Assembly: GCA_902613175.1 (NCBI GenBank)
Contig: CACMGJ010000001.1
Coordinates: forward strand, 37,569 to 101,568
DNA length: 64,000 bases
Origin: Halieaceae bacterium
Lineage (GTDB): Bacteria; Pseudomonadota; Gammaproteobacteria; Pseudomonadales; Halieaceae
Direction of reading: 5' to 3'
How positions within the stretch are numbered: the stretch's first letter is position 1; each line of letters starts with the position of its first letter. A model generated the notes under the pieces. It had not been told where the DNA came from. It saw nothing but the letters and a program-made list of their open reading frames with translations, and did no database searches. The translations under genes were made by a program, and so were the position numbers. Positions 51,440 to 62,600 of the stretch are shown in pieces.

Positions 51440-54400
51440 TCAAAGCTCGGTAGCAGCTTCTAGCTCCTGCTCGAGCTTCAGCCGAGAATCCGCTCGTGGT
51501 TTGGAGAAGCGTGCGACTGCAAGGTAAATGACCGGTGTCAGAAACAGTGTGAAGAATGCCGTGAGACCCAGACCACCAAAGACGACCCAGCCCACAGCCT
51601 CGCGCGCTTCAGACCCGGGGCCCGAGGACAAGATAAGCGGGAGTGCACCGAGCACCGTTGAGATCAGTGTCATTGCAATCGGCCGGAGTCGAATGTTTGC
51701 GGCATCCTCAATGGCATCTCGCACACTGGCACCCGCATCACGCCGCTGATCGGCAAATTCGACCAATAGAATGCCGTTCTTAGCGATTAACCCAATGAGC
51801 ATAACAAGTCCGACTTGTGAATACACATTGAGTGACGTCCCAGTGATGAATAGCGCGAAGATCGCCGCAGCGAGGCCGAATGGCACAATGGTCATGATGA
51901 CGAGCGCTGAGGTCAGGCTTTCAAACTGCGCGACCAGCACCAAGAACACAATCAAGAGTGCGAGACCGTAGGCGTAGAGCGAGTCTCGCTGAGATTCGCC
52001 CAAGCGAGCGGCCTCTCCCTCCGGGGCAACGGTAATGGAGCTGGGGACAACTTCGTTGGCTAAGGCCATGAGATCGTCCACGGCGGTTTGTAAGTCCACC
52101 CCTTCAACGGTTTGCATATCAATACTGATGGAGCGCCGCTGATAGAGCCGCCGCAATTCATCGGGAACACCTTCCTCGACGACGGTAACAAGCGATGCCA
52201 ACGGGATAAGTTGACTGGTTTGCGAGCGAACGAACAGGTTCACCAGATCATTTGGGCCCTGAATACGATTCTTTCCCGCTTTCAACACAACTGGGATCGA
52301 TTGATCTCGCCCGTTTAAGTCGACGACCCGAACGCCATCAACCATGACGCGCAGTGTCTGAGCTAATTCGTCGATGGATACGTTGAGATCAGCCAGGCGT
52401 TCTCGGTCGATTTTGATGGCTACCTGGGCTTGCGAGGGGGTGTAGTCGATACGTGGATTATCGACGCTATCCAGCCGCTCTCGAATGGCATCAGCATAGA
52501 CACGAGCTGCCGCGTAAATCTCTTCGTATTCACTGCCAAGCAAAACAAACTGGATGCCACCACGCCAGCCACCGCGCATATTGAGACTGTTGCTTCCGTA
52601 AACACGAGCGGTAACGCCAGGTAATTGGCTCAGTTGTGGTTGAATCTCTGCTGTAAGTTCTTGCTGTGATATGTCACGTTCATCCCACGGTTTTAAGGTG
52701 CCCACGACGTAAATGATGTTGGCGTCCCAGCGGCCGGCGACGGTATAAAGCCGCTCGATGATTCCCGAATCCAAATAGGGCTGAAAAATAGCTTCGATTT
52801 GATCGGATTGGCGCTCGGTATATGGAAGGCCTACGCCTGCAGGTCCTCGCGCGAACATATTCAGCGTGCCCCGATCCTCGGTCGGCAGCAACTCGCTGTC
52901 CAACGACGTGTAAACACTGGCGGCCGCTGCTGCGATACCCATCGATACAAGCACCGACGTCACAGGGTAATTTAGAACCGAGCGCAAACCACCGCTGTAG
53001 AATCGCTGGAAAATATTGGGCATGTCTGATTGGCCAGTAACGGCAGACTCAGATTTCCCCAATCGCGCCATTAGCGCGGGCACCAATGACAATGCGACAA
53101 ATGACGAAATTGCTACCGCCACGGTTAGAACCAGGCCGAACTCTCTGAATAGTCGTCCTGAGGTCCCTGGCAAAAAAGCGATTGGGACAAAGACAGCAAC
53201 CAGAACCATCGTCGTGGCGATAACGGCAAAGAACACGGACTGTGTCCCGAGGACAGATGCTGCGCTGCTCCCCTCGCCGCGTTTCTGTCGGCGCTGGACG
53301 CTCTCAAGCACCACAATGGCATCATCAACGATAAGACCCGTAGCCAGAACAAGTGCTAGTAGTGTCAGGATATTAATGGAGAAGCCCAGAATCCAGCTTG
53401 CAGCGAGTGTGCCTAGTAGTGAAATCGGAATGGCAATTGCTGGAACCAGTGTAAATCGCCAGCTTCCGGAAAAGAGACGAATCGTCAAAATCACGATCAG
53501 AACGGAAAATGCCAAGGTGCGTAAAACTTCAGATACTGCGCCATTGATGAAGACGGCCTCGTCGGAAATGACCTGCAGCTTGATGTCATCGCGCTGGGCA
53601 TTGAAAAGCGCGACGGCTTGATGCGCACCCTTTGAAATTTGAATCGTATTCGAGCCCGCTTGCCTCACCACGCCAACGCCCAGCACTCGCTGACCATTCA
53701 GGCGGACCACTGATGTTGCATCGTCAGGGGTATAGGCAATGCGTGCGACGTCTCGAAGTCGGACTTTGTCAGTGATAAGAAGATTGCCAATGTCGGCTTC
53801 CGACTCGACAGCAGCATCTGCGCGCACCAGCAACGTCTGATCGCTCGTCCTGAAGCTACCGGCTGGCACATCTAGCGGCGCCTGAGCCAGTACCGAACGT
53901 ATGTCGGTCACTGTCAGTCCATAGGTGCTCATGCGACCTGGATCTAGTTCGACCCTCAGTATCTGTCGACGGGAGCCAAAGAGCGGGACGTCAGCCACAC
54001 CCGGCAGTGAAATAAATGCTGGAACCACATCGCGCTCAACGATGGTCGCGAGGTCCTGCTCGGATATACCGTCCGCCAGCACAGCGATGCGCATGATTTC
54101 CTCGGCATCTTCGTCAGACTTAAAGACGGCTAACTGTTCGACGTTATCCGGCAGCTGACGCTGAACTCGACTAACAGCCTCCCTGACATCGGCGGCGGCT
54201 CTGTCCACATTGGCACCGGGGTCAAACACAGCACGAATACGGGAGTTTCCCTCTTCACTGTTGGAGTTCACCTCTTTGACGCCACTTACGCGCGCAACGG
54301 CACCCTCAAGAATACGCGTAACTTCCCCGTCCATTGTCTCTGGGGATGCTCCGGGCAGGTTCGCGCGAACATTGACAACAGGTTCATCGACGTCAGGTAA

Positions 54401-54538
54401 TTCTCTCACCTCAATGGCGAAAATCGCCACAAGACCTGCGATTGCAATTAATAAGTTGATGACTGTGACGAGCCATGGGCGCTTGACACCCAAAACGGGA
54501 AGGCCCGCACCGGCTAGGGTGTTGAGAGTGACTTTCAT
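51440..54538 (-). CDS. RND (AcrB/AcrD/AcrF family) efflux permease
   Basis: PGASPE, GLIVDDAIVVLE, GLIAKNGILLVEFA, RLRPIAMT. 1032 aa. Confidence 0.95.
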   Translation of the reverse strand: MKVTLNTLAGAGLPVLGVKRPWLVTVINLLIAIAGLVAIFAIEVRELPDVDEPVVNVRANLPGASPETMDGEVTRILEGAVARVSGVKEVNSNSEEGNSRIRAVFDPGANVDRAAADVREAVSRVQRQLPDNVEQLAVFKSDEDAEEIMRIAVLADGISEQDLATIVERDVVPAFISLPGVADVPLFGSRRQILRVELDPGRMSTYGLTVTDIRSVLAQAPLDVPAGSFRTSDQTLLVRADAAVESEADIGNLLITDKVRLRDVARIAYTPDDATSVVRLNGQRVLGVGVVRQAGSNTIQISKGAHQAVALFNAQRDDIKLQVISDEAVFINGAVSEVLRTLAFSVLIVILTIRLFSGSWRFTLVPAIAIPISLLGTLAASWILGFSINILTLLALVLATGLIVDDAIVVLESVQRRQKRGEGSSAASVLGTQSVFFAVIATTMVLVAVFVPIAFLPGTSGRLFREFGLVLTVAVAISSFVALSLVPALMARLGKSESAVTGQSDMPNIFQRFYSGGLRSVLNYPVTSVLVSMGIAAAAASVYTSLDSELLPTEDRGTLNMFARGPAGVGLPYTERQSDQIEAIFQPYLDSGIIERLYTVAGRWDANIIYVVGTLKPWDERDISQQELTAEIQPQLSQLPGVTARVYGSNSLNMRGGWRGGIQFVLLGSEYEEIYAAARVYADAIRERLDSVDNPRIDYTPSQAQVAIKIDRERLADLNVSIDELAQTLRVMVDGVRVVDLNGRDQSIPVVLKAGKNRIQGPNDLVNLFVRSQTSQLIPLASLVTVVEEGVPDELRRLYQRRSISIDMQTVEGVDLQTAVDDLMALANEVVPSSITVAPEGEAARLGESQRDSLYAYGLALLIVFLVLVAQFESLTSALVIMTIVPFGLAAAIFALFITGTSLNVYSQVGLVMLIGLIAKNGILLVEFADQRRDAGASVRDAIEDAANIRLRPIAMTLISTVLGALPLILSSGPGSEAREAVGWVVFGGLGLTAFFTLFLTPVIYLAVARFSKPRADSRLKLEQELEAATEL

Positions 54539-54556
54539 CCGGTTTTCTTGTGCATT

Positions 54557-55705
54557 TTAGCCGCGATCAGCCTTTTCACTTTTTGATGAGTGTGCTGTTG
54601 CTTTTACTGCGTTGATATCTTTGATCTTCATTCCAGGGCGAACACTTTGAATGCCCTCGAGAATCACACGTTCACCTTCAGAGAGTTCACCACGGATCAA
54701 CATACGACCGTCGACGCGGCGCACCATCTCCACCGGAGAGCGCATGGCGCGATCACCCTCAGCCGACCAGACATAGGGACCGTCTGCACCCCATTGAACC
54801 GATAACTCAGGCACACTAAGGTATTCACCTTTCTCGATAGACGCGTCAATTTCAAATGCCATACCGGGGCGAAGATTGTCTAGGCTGTTGTCGATCGCCG
54901 CACGCGCTCTGAAAGCGCGCGTGGCCGAATCCACTCGGGAATCCACAGCAACAATTGTTCCTGAGGTGTTGTCGTCTGGTGATTCCCAGTGACGGGCTTG
55001 AACTTCAAGGTCCATCACGATCTTACCGATGAAGCTCTCGGGTACCGTAAAATCAACGAGCAGAACGCTTCGGTCGTCGAGCGTAGTTATAACAGTTGAG
55101 GTGTCAACGCGATCACCAATTTCCACATCAGTAATGCCGATGCGCCCTGAAAACGGCGCCATTACTTGACGGCGAGAGAGTTCTACTTTTGCTTGTGCCA
55201 GACGAATCTCAGCCAGATCAACGTTACTTTGTGCAGTATCAATCGTGCTTTGAGGGATATTCGCCTCACTCGCATTGAGGGAAAAATAGCGCGTTAGCGT
55301 TCGTTTCGCTTCCGCCAGTTCGACCTCCGCCTGTCGTACGGCAAGGGCTTGGTCGCGATCATCCAATTTGAGAAGTGTCTCGCCTTTTAACACGGGTGTA
55401 TCAGGCGCCAACTTTGCGAATGTCACAAACCCAGAGCTCTCTGGATATAGCGTTACGCTCTGGCGAGCTCGCGCTGTCCCGACGGATTTTATTGAATCAA
55501 TAAGCGGTGCACGCTCAACAAGTGCGGTTACGACGGGTAGCTCGCGCACACCCCATGAACCGCGTGATCCGGGTGTTTCCTCATCAGGGGTGTCTGAGCA
55601 ACCCAGCATGAACGCGCATGCCAGCAGAGCTGACATACCTGAGAACCGCATAACCGCGCGAAAAATGAACATCTCGCGAGTATATCCGAGATTTCGGAAT
55701 GGCAA
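54557..55705 (-). CDS. RND periplasmic adaptor (MFP); true start probably downstream of 55705
   Basis: Lipobox-like MLGC, APFSGRIG, FTVPE, RVDSATR, LRPGM. Confidence 0.9.
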   Translation of the reverse strand: MPFRNLGYTREMFIFRAVMRFSGMSALLACAFMLGCSDTPDEETPGSRGSWGVRELPVVTALVERAPLIDSIKSVGTARARQSVTLYPESSGFVTFAKLAPDTPVLKGETLLKLDDRDQALAVRQAEVELAEAKRTLTRYFSLNASEANIPQSTIDTAQSNVDLAEIRLAQAKVELSRRQVMAPFSGRIGITDVEIGDRVDTSTVITTLDDRSVLLVDFTVPESFIGKIVMDLEVQARHWESPDDNTSGTIVAVDSRVDSATRAFRARAAIDNSLDNLRPGMAFEIDASIEKGEYLSVPELSVQWGADGPYVWSAEGDRAMRSPVEMVRRVDGRMLIRGELSEGERVILEGIQSVRPGMKIKDINAVKATAHSSKSEKADRG

Positions 55706-55760
55706 TCTTTTTATTTTCAGTTTTCGGCAATGCCAAAGTCGACAAAGACGCGACCGTTAC

Positions 55761-57305
55761 TTACAGGATGACCTCTATGAGGCGAGGGCCTTTCTCCGCC
55801 ATTGCCTCGGCCATCGCGCGATCCAGTGCTTCAACTGTATCGACGCGCACCGCTGCCATTCCCATACCTTTGGCGATATCGGTCCACTGAATCGCTGGAT
55901 TGGTTAGATCGAGTAATGACAAGGCCGTGGGTCCCGGTTTTTCCACACCGACGCGCGCAAGCTCAATATTTAGTATGGCGTACGATCCGTTGTTAAGAAT
56001 CAACACAGTTACGTCGAGATCCTCGCGCACCATCGTCCATAATGCTTGGACCGTGTACATCGCCGATCCATCAGCTTCTAAGCCAACCACCTTTTGATCG
56101 GGACATGCGATGGCAGCACCAACTGCCATAGGCAAACCTGCTCCGATAGCCCCACCCGTAAGCGTTAACCAATCGTGTGGCGCTGCATTGCCGGTCATGA
56201 GAAACGCCCCAAGCCCATTGGTTGCGCCCTCGTCGACGACAATGGCGTTTTCAGGGAGTCGATTGGCAATCACCTTACCAAGCTCTACCGCATTGATAGG
56301 GCCGATTTCCAGGGCATGTTCGACTCTTTGTGCAACTTTCGTCACCTGTTCTGGCGCCCCGAGTGCATTGGCAATGCGCGTCAGGGTATCGATAGCATCG
56401 ACACTGTGGTCACCCATTTGAAGCAGGCTCGCCCCTTCAGGTGACAGCCATCCGGGTTTACCGGGGTAAGCAAAGAAGGATACGGGTGGCTTGCTGCCGA
56501 CGATGACAAGGGTATCGAGTCCTTTTAGGTGTTCCGCGGCCATTTCGCCGAAGTAGGGCAGGCGTTCGGTCTCAACGCGCCCGACGCCTCGCTGTTGACG
56601 CGTAAAGAAGGTTTCGGTGATCAGACGAGCGCCCGTTGCCTCCGAAATGCGCCCCGCTTGAATGAGGCCTGACTCGCGCAGAGCATGACCGCCCATGAAT
56701 AGGGCTGCGGAGTCACTGTTCTGAAGTGCTTCGGCTGTCTCAATAATCTCATCGTCACTCAGGGTTTTAGGCGCTGGAATATCAGGGATATCCACGTCAC
56801 CACCTGCGGGATCCCAGGCATGGTTTGCCGGGGCCACAAAGGCGGTGACATTACCGGGGTATTCCATGCTGGCTTGCCACGCCTTCAGTCCCACCTCGGG
56901 CAAGTCGTCCGGACTGGTTGACATCCCTGTCCAGGCGCAGACAGCTGAGGTAAGCCCATCGATATCAGATGTAAGGGGTGCATCCAATTCCAAGTGGTGC
57001 GTTGCGTGATCGCCAATCATGTTCAATACGGGCACTCGTGCTCGGGATGCATTGTGCAGATTGGCGATGCCATTGGCATAACCCGGTCCAAGGTGAAGTA
57101 GCGTTAGGGCTGGCGTGTCGGTCATCCGCGCAAATCCATCTGCAGCACCGGTAACGACGCCCTCAAAGAGACCTAGTACAGCTCGAATTCGGGGTTCTTT
57201 ATCGAGCGCGGCGACGAGCTGCATCTCGGACGTGCCAGGATTGGCAAAGCAAGCGCTGACACCAGCGTCCGCGAGTTTCTTTATGAGTAAATCTGCGCCA
57301 TTCAT
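55761..57305 (-). CDS. ThDP-dependent enzyme (acetolactate synthase large subunit-like)
   Basis: FANPGTSE, LFEGVVTGAADG, LHLGPG, TGGAIG, ADGSAMY..QALWT, LNNGSY. Confidence 0.9.
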   Translation of the reverse strand: MNGADLLIKKLADAGVSACFANPGTSEMQLVAALDKEPRIRAVLGLFEGVVTGAADGFARMTDTPALTLLHLGPGYANGIANLHNASRARVPVLNMIGDHATHHLELDAPLTSDIDGLTSAVCAWTGMSTSPDDLPEVGLKAWQASMEYPGNVTAFVAPANHAWDPAGGDVDIPDIPAPKTLSDDEIIETAEALQNSDSAALFMGGHALRESGLIQAGRISEATGARLITETFFTRQQRGVGRVETERLPYFGEMAAEHLKGLDTLVIVGSKPPVSFFAYPGKPGWLSPEGASLLQMGDHSVDAIDTLTRIANALGAPEQVTKVAQRVEHALEIGPINAVELGKVIANRLPENAIVVDEGATNGLGAFLMTGNAAPHDWLTLTGGAIGAGLPMAVGAAIACPDQKVVGLEADGSAMYTVQALWTMVREDLDVTVLILNNGSYAILNIELARVGVEKPGPTALSLLDLTNPAIQWTDIAKGMGMAAVRVDTVEALDRAMAEAMAEKGPRLIEVIL

Positions 57306-57477
57306 TACCGCTAAACCCCTAATGCGTTTTTTTATCAGTCCCCAGTATACGCATCAACATAGGCGTATATAGGTGCTGTTTATTCTTGGAGATTATTATC
57401 TATGACATCTTATCTATTACATTGCGGCATGACACCACGTTAGCCAGAGCACACTCACTGCAGGTCGTGGCCAAGTC

Positions 57478-58398
57478 TTACAGCTGGAGCGATAGTGCTG
57501 GTTTGCCGGAACGATCCGCTCGATAGATACCCCAATGTTTCTCCGGTTCCAGCGGATGGTCCGATCCCTTCCAGTTTTCGTCGAAGGCTTCGAAGATATA
57601 AACCAGTATCTCTTCTTCCTCTGCCCACTCGAGCAACTCCCGCAGATAAGTCTCTTGAAATAGCTCACCCACGTTCTCTGGTGGGATCCCTCGTCCGTTC
57701 GACGCTGTGGCCCAGCCAGCCTCGGTGATGATGACCTGCTTATTTGGGTAGGCGCTCTGAACCGCATCGAAGTTATCGCGTGTGTACGCCATTGCCTCGG
57801 CTACTGTTTTGTATTCCCACACCGGGTAGGTATGAATGGCAATGAGATCCAGCTCTTCAGCAAGCCCGGCGAGCTTATCTAGCCAAGGCACATAATTTTC
57901 GCAGAAAGTAACAGGTTGAGAGATGCGTGCTCGCAAAAAAGCCGCATACGCTGTCACGGCCTCAGGCTCGATAAGATGGTCAGTCCAATCGACGGTCGCC
58001 TCGTTGCCCACGGATACGATATCGACAATCGCGTCATAGCGATTAGCCCACGCCACGGCACGCTCCAGCTCCTGCAGGTTGTTGATGCGGTTTTTCTTTA
58101 AGGTCTCATCACTGTAAACACCGCCCCACGGGCAATTAGGGTTGTTCACCTCTGCACCGATATATGCACCAAGCATGACTGTGAAGGGAAGGCTCTCGCG
58201 TTCGATGACCTTCAGTACTCGTTCGGTATGCAGATCACAGGCGTAGACCCGAAGGGCATCCCAATATCCCTCGAGAAGCCTCAAGTCCTCCAGGATTTCC
58301 GACTCCGAGGGGAAGACGCCCGCATCAGGGCTTTGCCCATCTCGGAATCCCGAGTAGCAAATGGCGCGTTTATAGGGCAGGCGTTTCGTCTTATTCAT
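57478..58398 (-). CDS. Glycoside hydrolase family 17 protein (no signal peptide)
   Basis: AICYSGFRDGQSP, SVGNEA, IHTYP.W, ITEAGW, FEAFDENWK, EKHWG. Confidence 0.9.
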   Translation of the reverse strand: MNKTKRLPYKRAICYSGFRDGQSPDAGVFPSESEILEDLRLLEGYWDALRVYACDLHTERVLKVIERESLPFTVMLGAYIGAEVNNPNCPWGGVYSDETLKKNRINNLQELERAVAWANRYDAIVDIVSVGNEATVDWTDHLIEPEAVTAYAAFLRARISQPVTFCENYVPWLDKLAGLAEELDLIAIHTYPVWEYKTVAEAMAYTRDNFDAVQSAYPNKQVIITEAGWATASNGRGIPPENVGELFQETYLRELLEWAEEEEILVYIFEAFDENWKGSDHPLEPEKHWGIYRADRSGKPALSLQL

Positions 58399-59303
58399 AA
58401 CAGGTGTGAGTACTTAAACTTTTCGTTTTCATCCCACAATCCCCAGTGGGCACCAACGTCACCTTCACCGGCTTCGCCAGATACTTTCCATTCTTCATCA
58501 AACGACGCGAAATAAAACATCTCCACGTTGTCCTTTGCAGCCCACTCCATCGCTTTTAAGAAGTATAGGTAAGCTCCCTGTAACGATGACTCAGCTCCGT
58601 AAAAGTTTCCACCTGAACTTGGCCAGCCAGTCTCCGAGATGATGACGCGCTTTCCGTTCGCAACTTTTTGTACTCGACGATACATGTCCTGCATATAGAG
58701 CGTTGCGTAGGGCAGAGCACAGCCTTCCCAGAACGGATAACAGTTAGTGAGGAGGACGTCGCAGGCTTCTGTCACTTGCGGCCGGTCCTCGAACTCATAA
58801 TAGGCATCTACATAACCCATAGGAACATTGGAGGGGAGTCGCTCTCTGACCTCGGCCATGAAGTCGAGGAGTTCGGTCTCTTCCAGATCACCGCGGTAAA
58901 GAACTTCGTTACCTACTGCGGCGACATCCACGGCTCCCGTTTGCGCGAGTTCGATCAATTTATCGACTTCATTCCTGTTCTTATCCGCATCCTCGCCAAG
59001 CCAGGCGCCAACAAGCGTGTTTAAGCCCATGGCTTTGGCTACTTGCGGGATGTGTTCATTGCCCTGAGTGGTAGAAAAAGAACGAATCCAGTTGAAGCGA
59101 GGCGCCAGAATTGTCATCCGATGCTCGATCTGCTCGCGTGTGAGTTCATCACCTGGTTTTTGACCCTTGGTGTAAGCGCTGAAGGAAATGCCATGCATCT
59201 TTTCTTCGAGCAAAAGCTCGAGACGGATATCTAAATCGAGCTCGCTCGCGCTGCGATTATTTTGCCCAATTAAATAATGGTGTTTACCTGTCCGCTTACC
59301 CAT
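58395..59303 (-). CDS. Glycoside hydrolase family 17 protein (no signal peptide)
   Basis: WIRSFS, AVGNEV, NCYPFWEG, ISETGWPS, FDEEWK, GAHWGLW. Confidence 0.92.
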   Translation of the reverse strand: MGKRTGKHHYLIGQNNRSASELDLDIRLELLLEEKMHGISFSAYTKGQKPGDELTREQIEHRMTILAPRFNWIRSFSTTQGNEHIPQVAKAMGLNTLVGAWLGEDADKNRNEVDKLIELAQTGAVDVAAVGNEVLYRGDLEETELLDFMAEVRERLPSNVPMGYVDAYYEFEDRPQVTEACDVLLTNCYPFWEGCALPYATLYMQDMYRRVQKVANGKRVIISETGWPSSGGNFYGAESSLQGAYLYFLKAMEWAAKDNVEMFYFASFDEEWKVSGEAGEGDVGAHWGLWDENEKFKYSHLL

Positions 59304-59629
59304 GTGTCTCCTCGAGTCTTTTGCCGTGTACGTGGTGATGGAGACGCGATGCTAAGCAAGGATGCTGTTTCAGACATCTTCAATACGACGAGATGGCGCA
59401 TTCACTGGTTAAGTTGGATGAACCTTGGTATCGCTGGGCAGGGTGGTGTTTTAGCATAACGTCCCGAGTTGAGAGGGATGTAATCAAACACGATTACGAT
59501 CCTCCGTCCGTCAGTAGAACTGATACGCCGACAATTAGGATAAGCGGCGTCATGAGAGTAGGGCGGTCGACTGTGCGTCGACTTCATCGCTTCACAGTTC
59601 GAATATCACGAAAGTAATGATTGAGAGAT

Positions 59630-62600
59630 ATGACTAACGAAACGCTGTATTTGGGTGCCAATCCGCTTAATACTTCTGCCACTGCCGTAGAGGGTGACTA
59701 CGTCACCCGTGATGGCGAATCTTTTTATCGTATTGCCAACGTCGACGGCATGGATGATTTCTTCATCAGTGTCGTAAGCGATTCCAATCATTGGATGTTT
59801 ATCTCGACACGCGGCGGGCTATCTGCCGGCCGCACTGATTGTGACAGTGCCCTGTTCCCGTATTACACCGAAGATAAAATTCGCGACAACTCAGATAACA
59901 CGGGCAGTCGAACGATCGTCATTGCCGATCAGGGTGGCAAGCGGATGCTGTGGGAGCCTTTCTCTCGCTCTCACACAGGCATCTACAGCATCACGAGAAA
60001 CCTCTACAAGAATGTGCTCGGTGACAAACTCATTTTTGAAGAGACCAATCACGATCTTGGTCTCCAGTTTAGTTATTCATGGTCGACCTCGGATCGGTTT
60101 GGCTTTGTGAAGCAGTGCACCATTGCCGCTACTGGGAATGCCAAATCTACAATCGAGATCCTCGATGGCATCGAGAATCTGCTGCCTTATGGCGTGTTAG
60201 CCGGTACGCAAAACGAGCTGAGCTGCCTTGTCGATGCCTATAAGAAAACTGAGTTGGTGCCCAACTCGGGCCTAGCTGTTTATGCAATGAGTTCGATCCT
60301 ATCGGACAAAGCCGAACCCAGCGAGGCGCTGTCAGCAACGACCGTTTGGTCGTATGGGGTCCAGGACGCAAGTTATCTCATCAGTTCAAACCAGCTGAGC
60401 CAGTTTAGATCTGGCGCCGCCATCAGCGAAGAACAGGAGGTCTTGGGGCGACGAGGAGCATATTTCGTTCACCAGACATTTGCGCTAGATGCTGGTGCTG
60501 AGCGTGGCTGGGGAATTGTGGCCGACGTCAATCAAGGCCCGGCAGCCGTCAGAGACACTGTGTCATTGATTCAAAGTGACACCGATGTGTCCGCCTTGAT
60601 TGCAGACGATATCGAGCTCGGTTCCCGAAATCTTGAGCGCCTGATTAGTACCGCTGATGGCATACAGATGACGGGTGACACGCTGAGCGCCAATCACCAT
60701 GCGTCAAATGTACTGTTTAACATCATGCGCGGCGGTTTGTTCATTGATAACTACGCCATCGAAAAACCCGATCTCATGGCTTTTTGTGCCGAATGGAATC
60801 GCGCGGTCTTTGACGCAAACACGCCTTTCTTTGATCCGTTACCAGCGCGCATGACCTATCACGATCTTGACGCGGCTCTGGCAGGCAATACGGATTTGCA
60901 GCTCGAGCGTCTGTGCAGAGAATATTTACCGCTGAGCTTCAGTCGTCGTCACGGGGACCCATCGCGGCCGTGGAATCGATTTGCCATCAAAGTGAAAGAT
61001 GACAAAGGCAACAAGCTTCTTAACTATGAGGGCAACTGGCGCGATATTTTCCAAAACTGGGAAGCGTTGAGTTCCTCCATTCCGTGCTTTGGCGTGAACA
61101 TGATTTCAAAGTTCGTCAATGCGACGACAGCCGATGGCTACAACCCCTACCGAATTACGCGGCAAGGAATCGACTGGGAGCGCCCGGAGCCTGAAAACCC
61201 CTGGGCGAATATTGGGTATTGGGGTGACCACCAGCTCATTTACTTACTCAAGTTGATCGAGCAGTCCGTTGCCCACAATCCCGTAGCATTAAAGTCAATG
61301 ATGTTCAGTGACGCTTTTGCCTACGCTAATGTGCCGTACCGCATTAAGTCATACGCCAGCATTCTGAGTGACCCCTACGACACGATTGAGTTTGACGAGG
61401 ATCTGGATCGCGTTATCGATGGCCGTGTTGAGGCGATGGGGGCGGATGGTCGTTTGATGCCCGCGCCGAACGGTGAGGTCTACCAAGTCAACCTCGCCGA
61501 AAAGATCCTGGTCACGCTGCTGTCCAAGATAGCCAACTTCATCCCGGATACGGGTATTTGGATGAACACCCAGCGACCCGAGTGGAATGATGCGAATAAT
61601 GCACTCGTAGGGACCGGTGTTTCCGTTGTGACCCTGTGTTACCTCCATCGTTTCTTAAACAAGGCAGTGCCGTTGTTCTCAGAACTCGAGCAGGACTCGG
61701 TGCAATTATCTGCAGAGGTTGCAGCGTTTATGTCAGACGTAGCCTCTGTACTCGAGGCGCATCAGGGATCAATCTGCAAAGGACCGGTCTCTGATGTCGT
61801 CAGAAAAGAGGTGATGGAAGCCCTTGGAACAGCGGCGGAGCGGTACCGTCAAGGTATCTACGATCGCGGTTTCTCAGCGTCGAAAAAGTCGGTAAGCCTC
61901 GCCAGCGTAGTCGATTGTCTATCCCGTGCACGTGACATCAGTGCCATTAGTATTCGATCTAACCGTCGGGAGGATGGCCTTTACCACGCCTACAATCGCA
62001 TTGCAGTGCGCGACGAAGGTGTAGAGATCAAGTATCTCTACGAAATGCTCGAGGGTCAGGTTGCGGTGTTGAGTTCAGAGCTTTTGGAAGCCGATGAGTC
62101 ACTCGCGTTGCTCAAGACGCTACGTGCATCCTCTCTCTACACTGCGCGACAGCACTCGTACCTGCTCTACCCCAACCGTCAGCTACCGAGCTTTATGGTG
62201 CGCAATCTGGTTCCCGGCGAGTTCGTGAAATCCTCGACGTTGATGACCAAACTAGTTTCCGCTGGCAACACGGATCTGATTGAAGTTGATGGATCGGGTC
62301 AGGCGTTTTTCGCAGGAAAATTCAATAACACGGCTTCCGTGGCGGCAGCTTTGACAGCCCTTGCAGAGGATGGTTTTGCAGAGGACGTCTCGGCAGAGCG
62401 AGCTGCGATCGAGACCTTGTTCTCTGACCTGTTTGATTGCGCAAACTTTACGGGCCGCTCGGGTGGCATGTACGCCTACGAAGGGCTGGGCTCTATTTAC
62501 TGGCATATGGTGTCCAAACTGCTGCTCGCCGTGATGGAAACGGTCAAGCAAGCGGAGGAGACGGGTGCATCTGCAAAGGTATTAGCAGGCTTACAGGCTG

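Noticed and set aside
53016-53621. Long antisense ORFs over the RND gene and other genes (e.g. 23265-23801, 55368-55907, 63412-63954)
   Set aside because: They are shadow frames of well-supported genes and contain no recognisable motifs.
51440-55705. RND pump without an outer-membrane factor
   Set aside because: This is a common arrangement; TolC-type genes are often encoded elsewhere.
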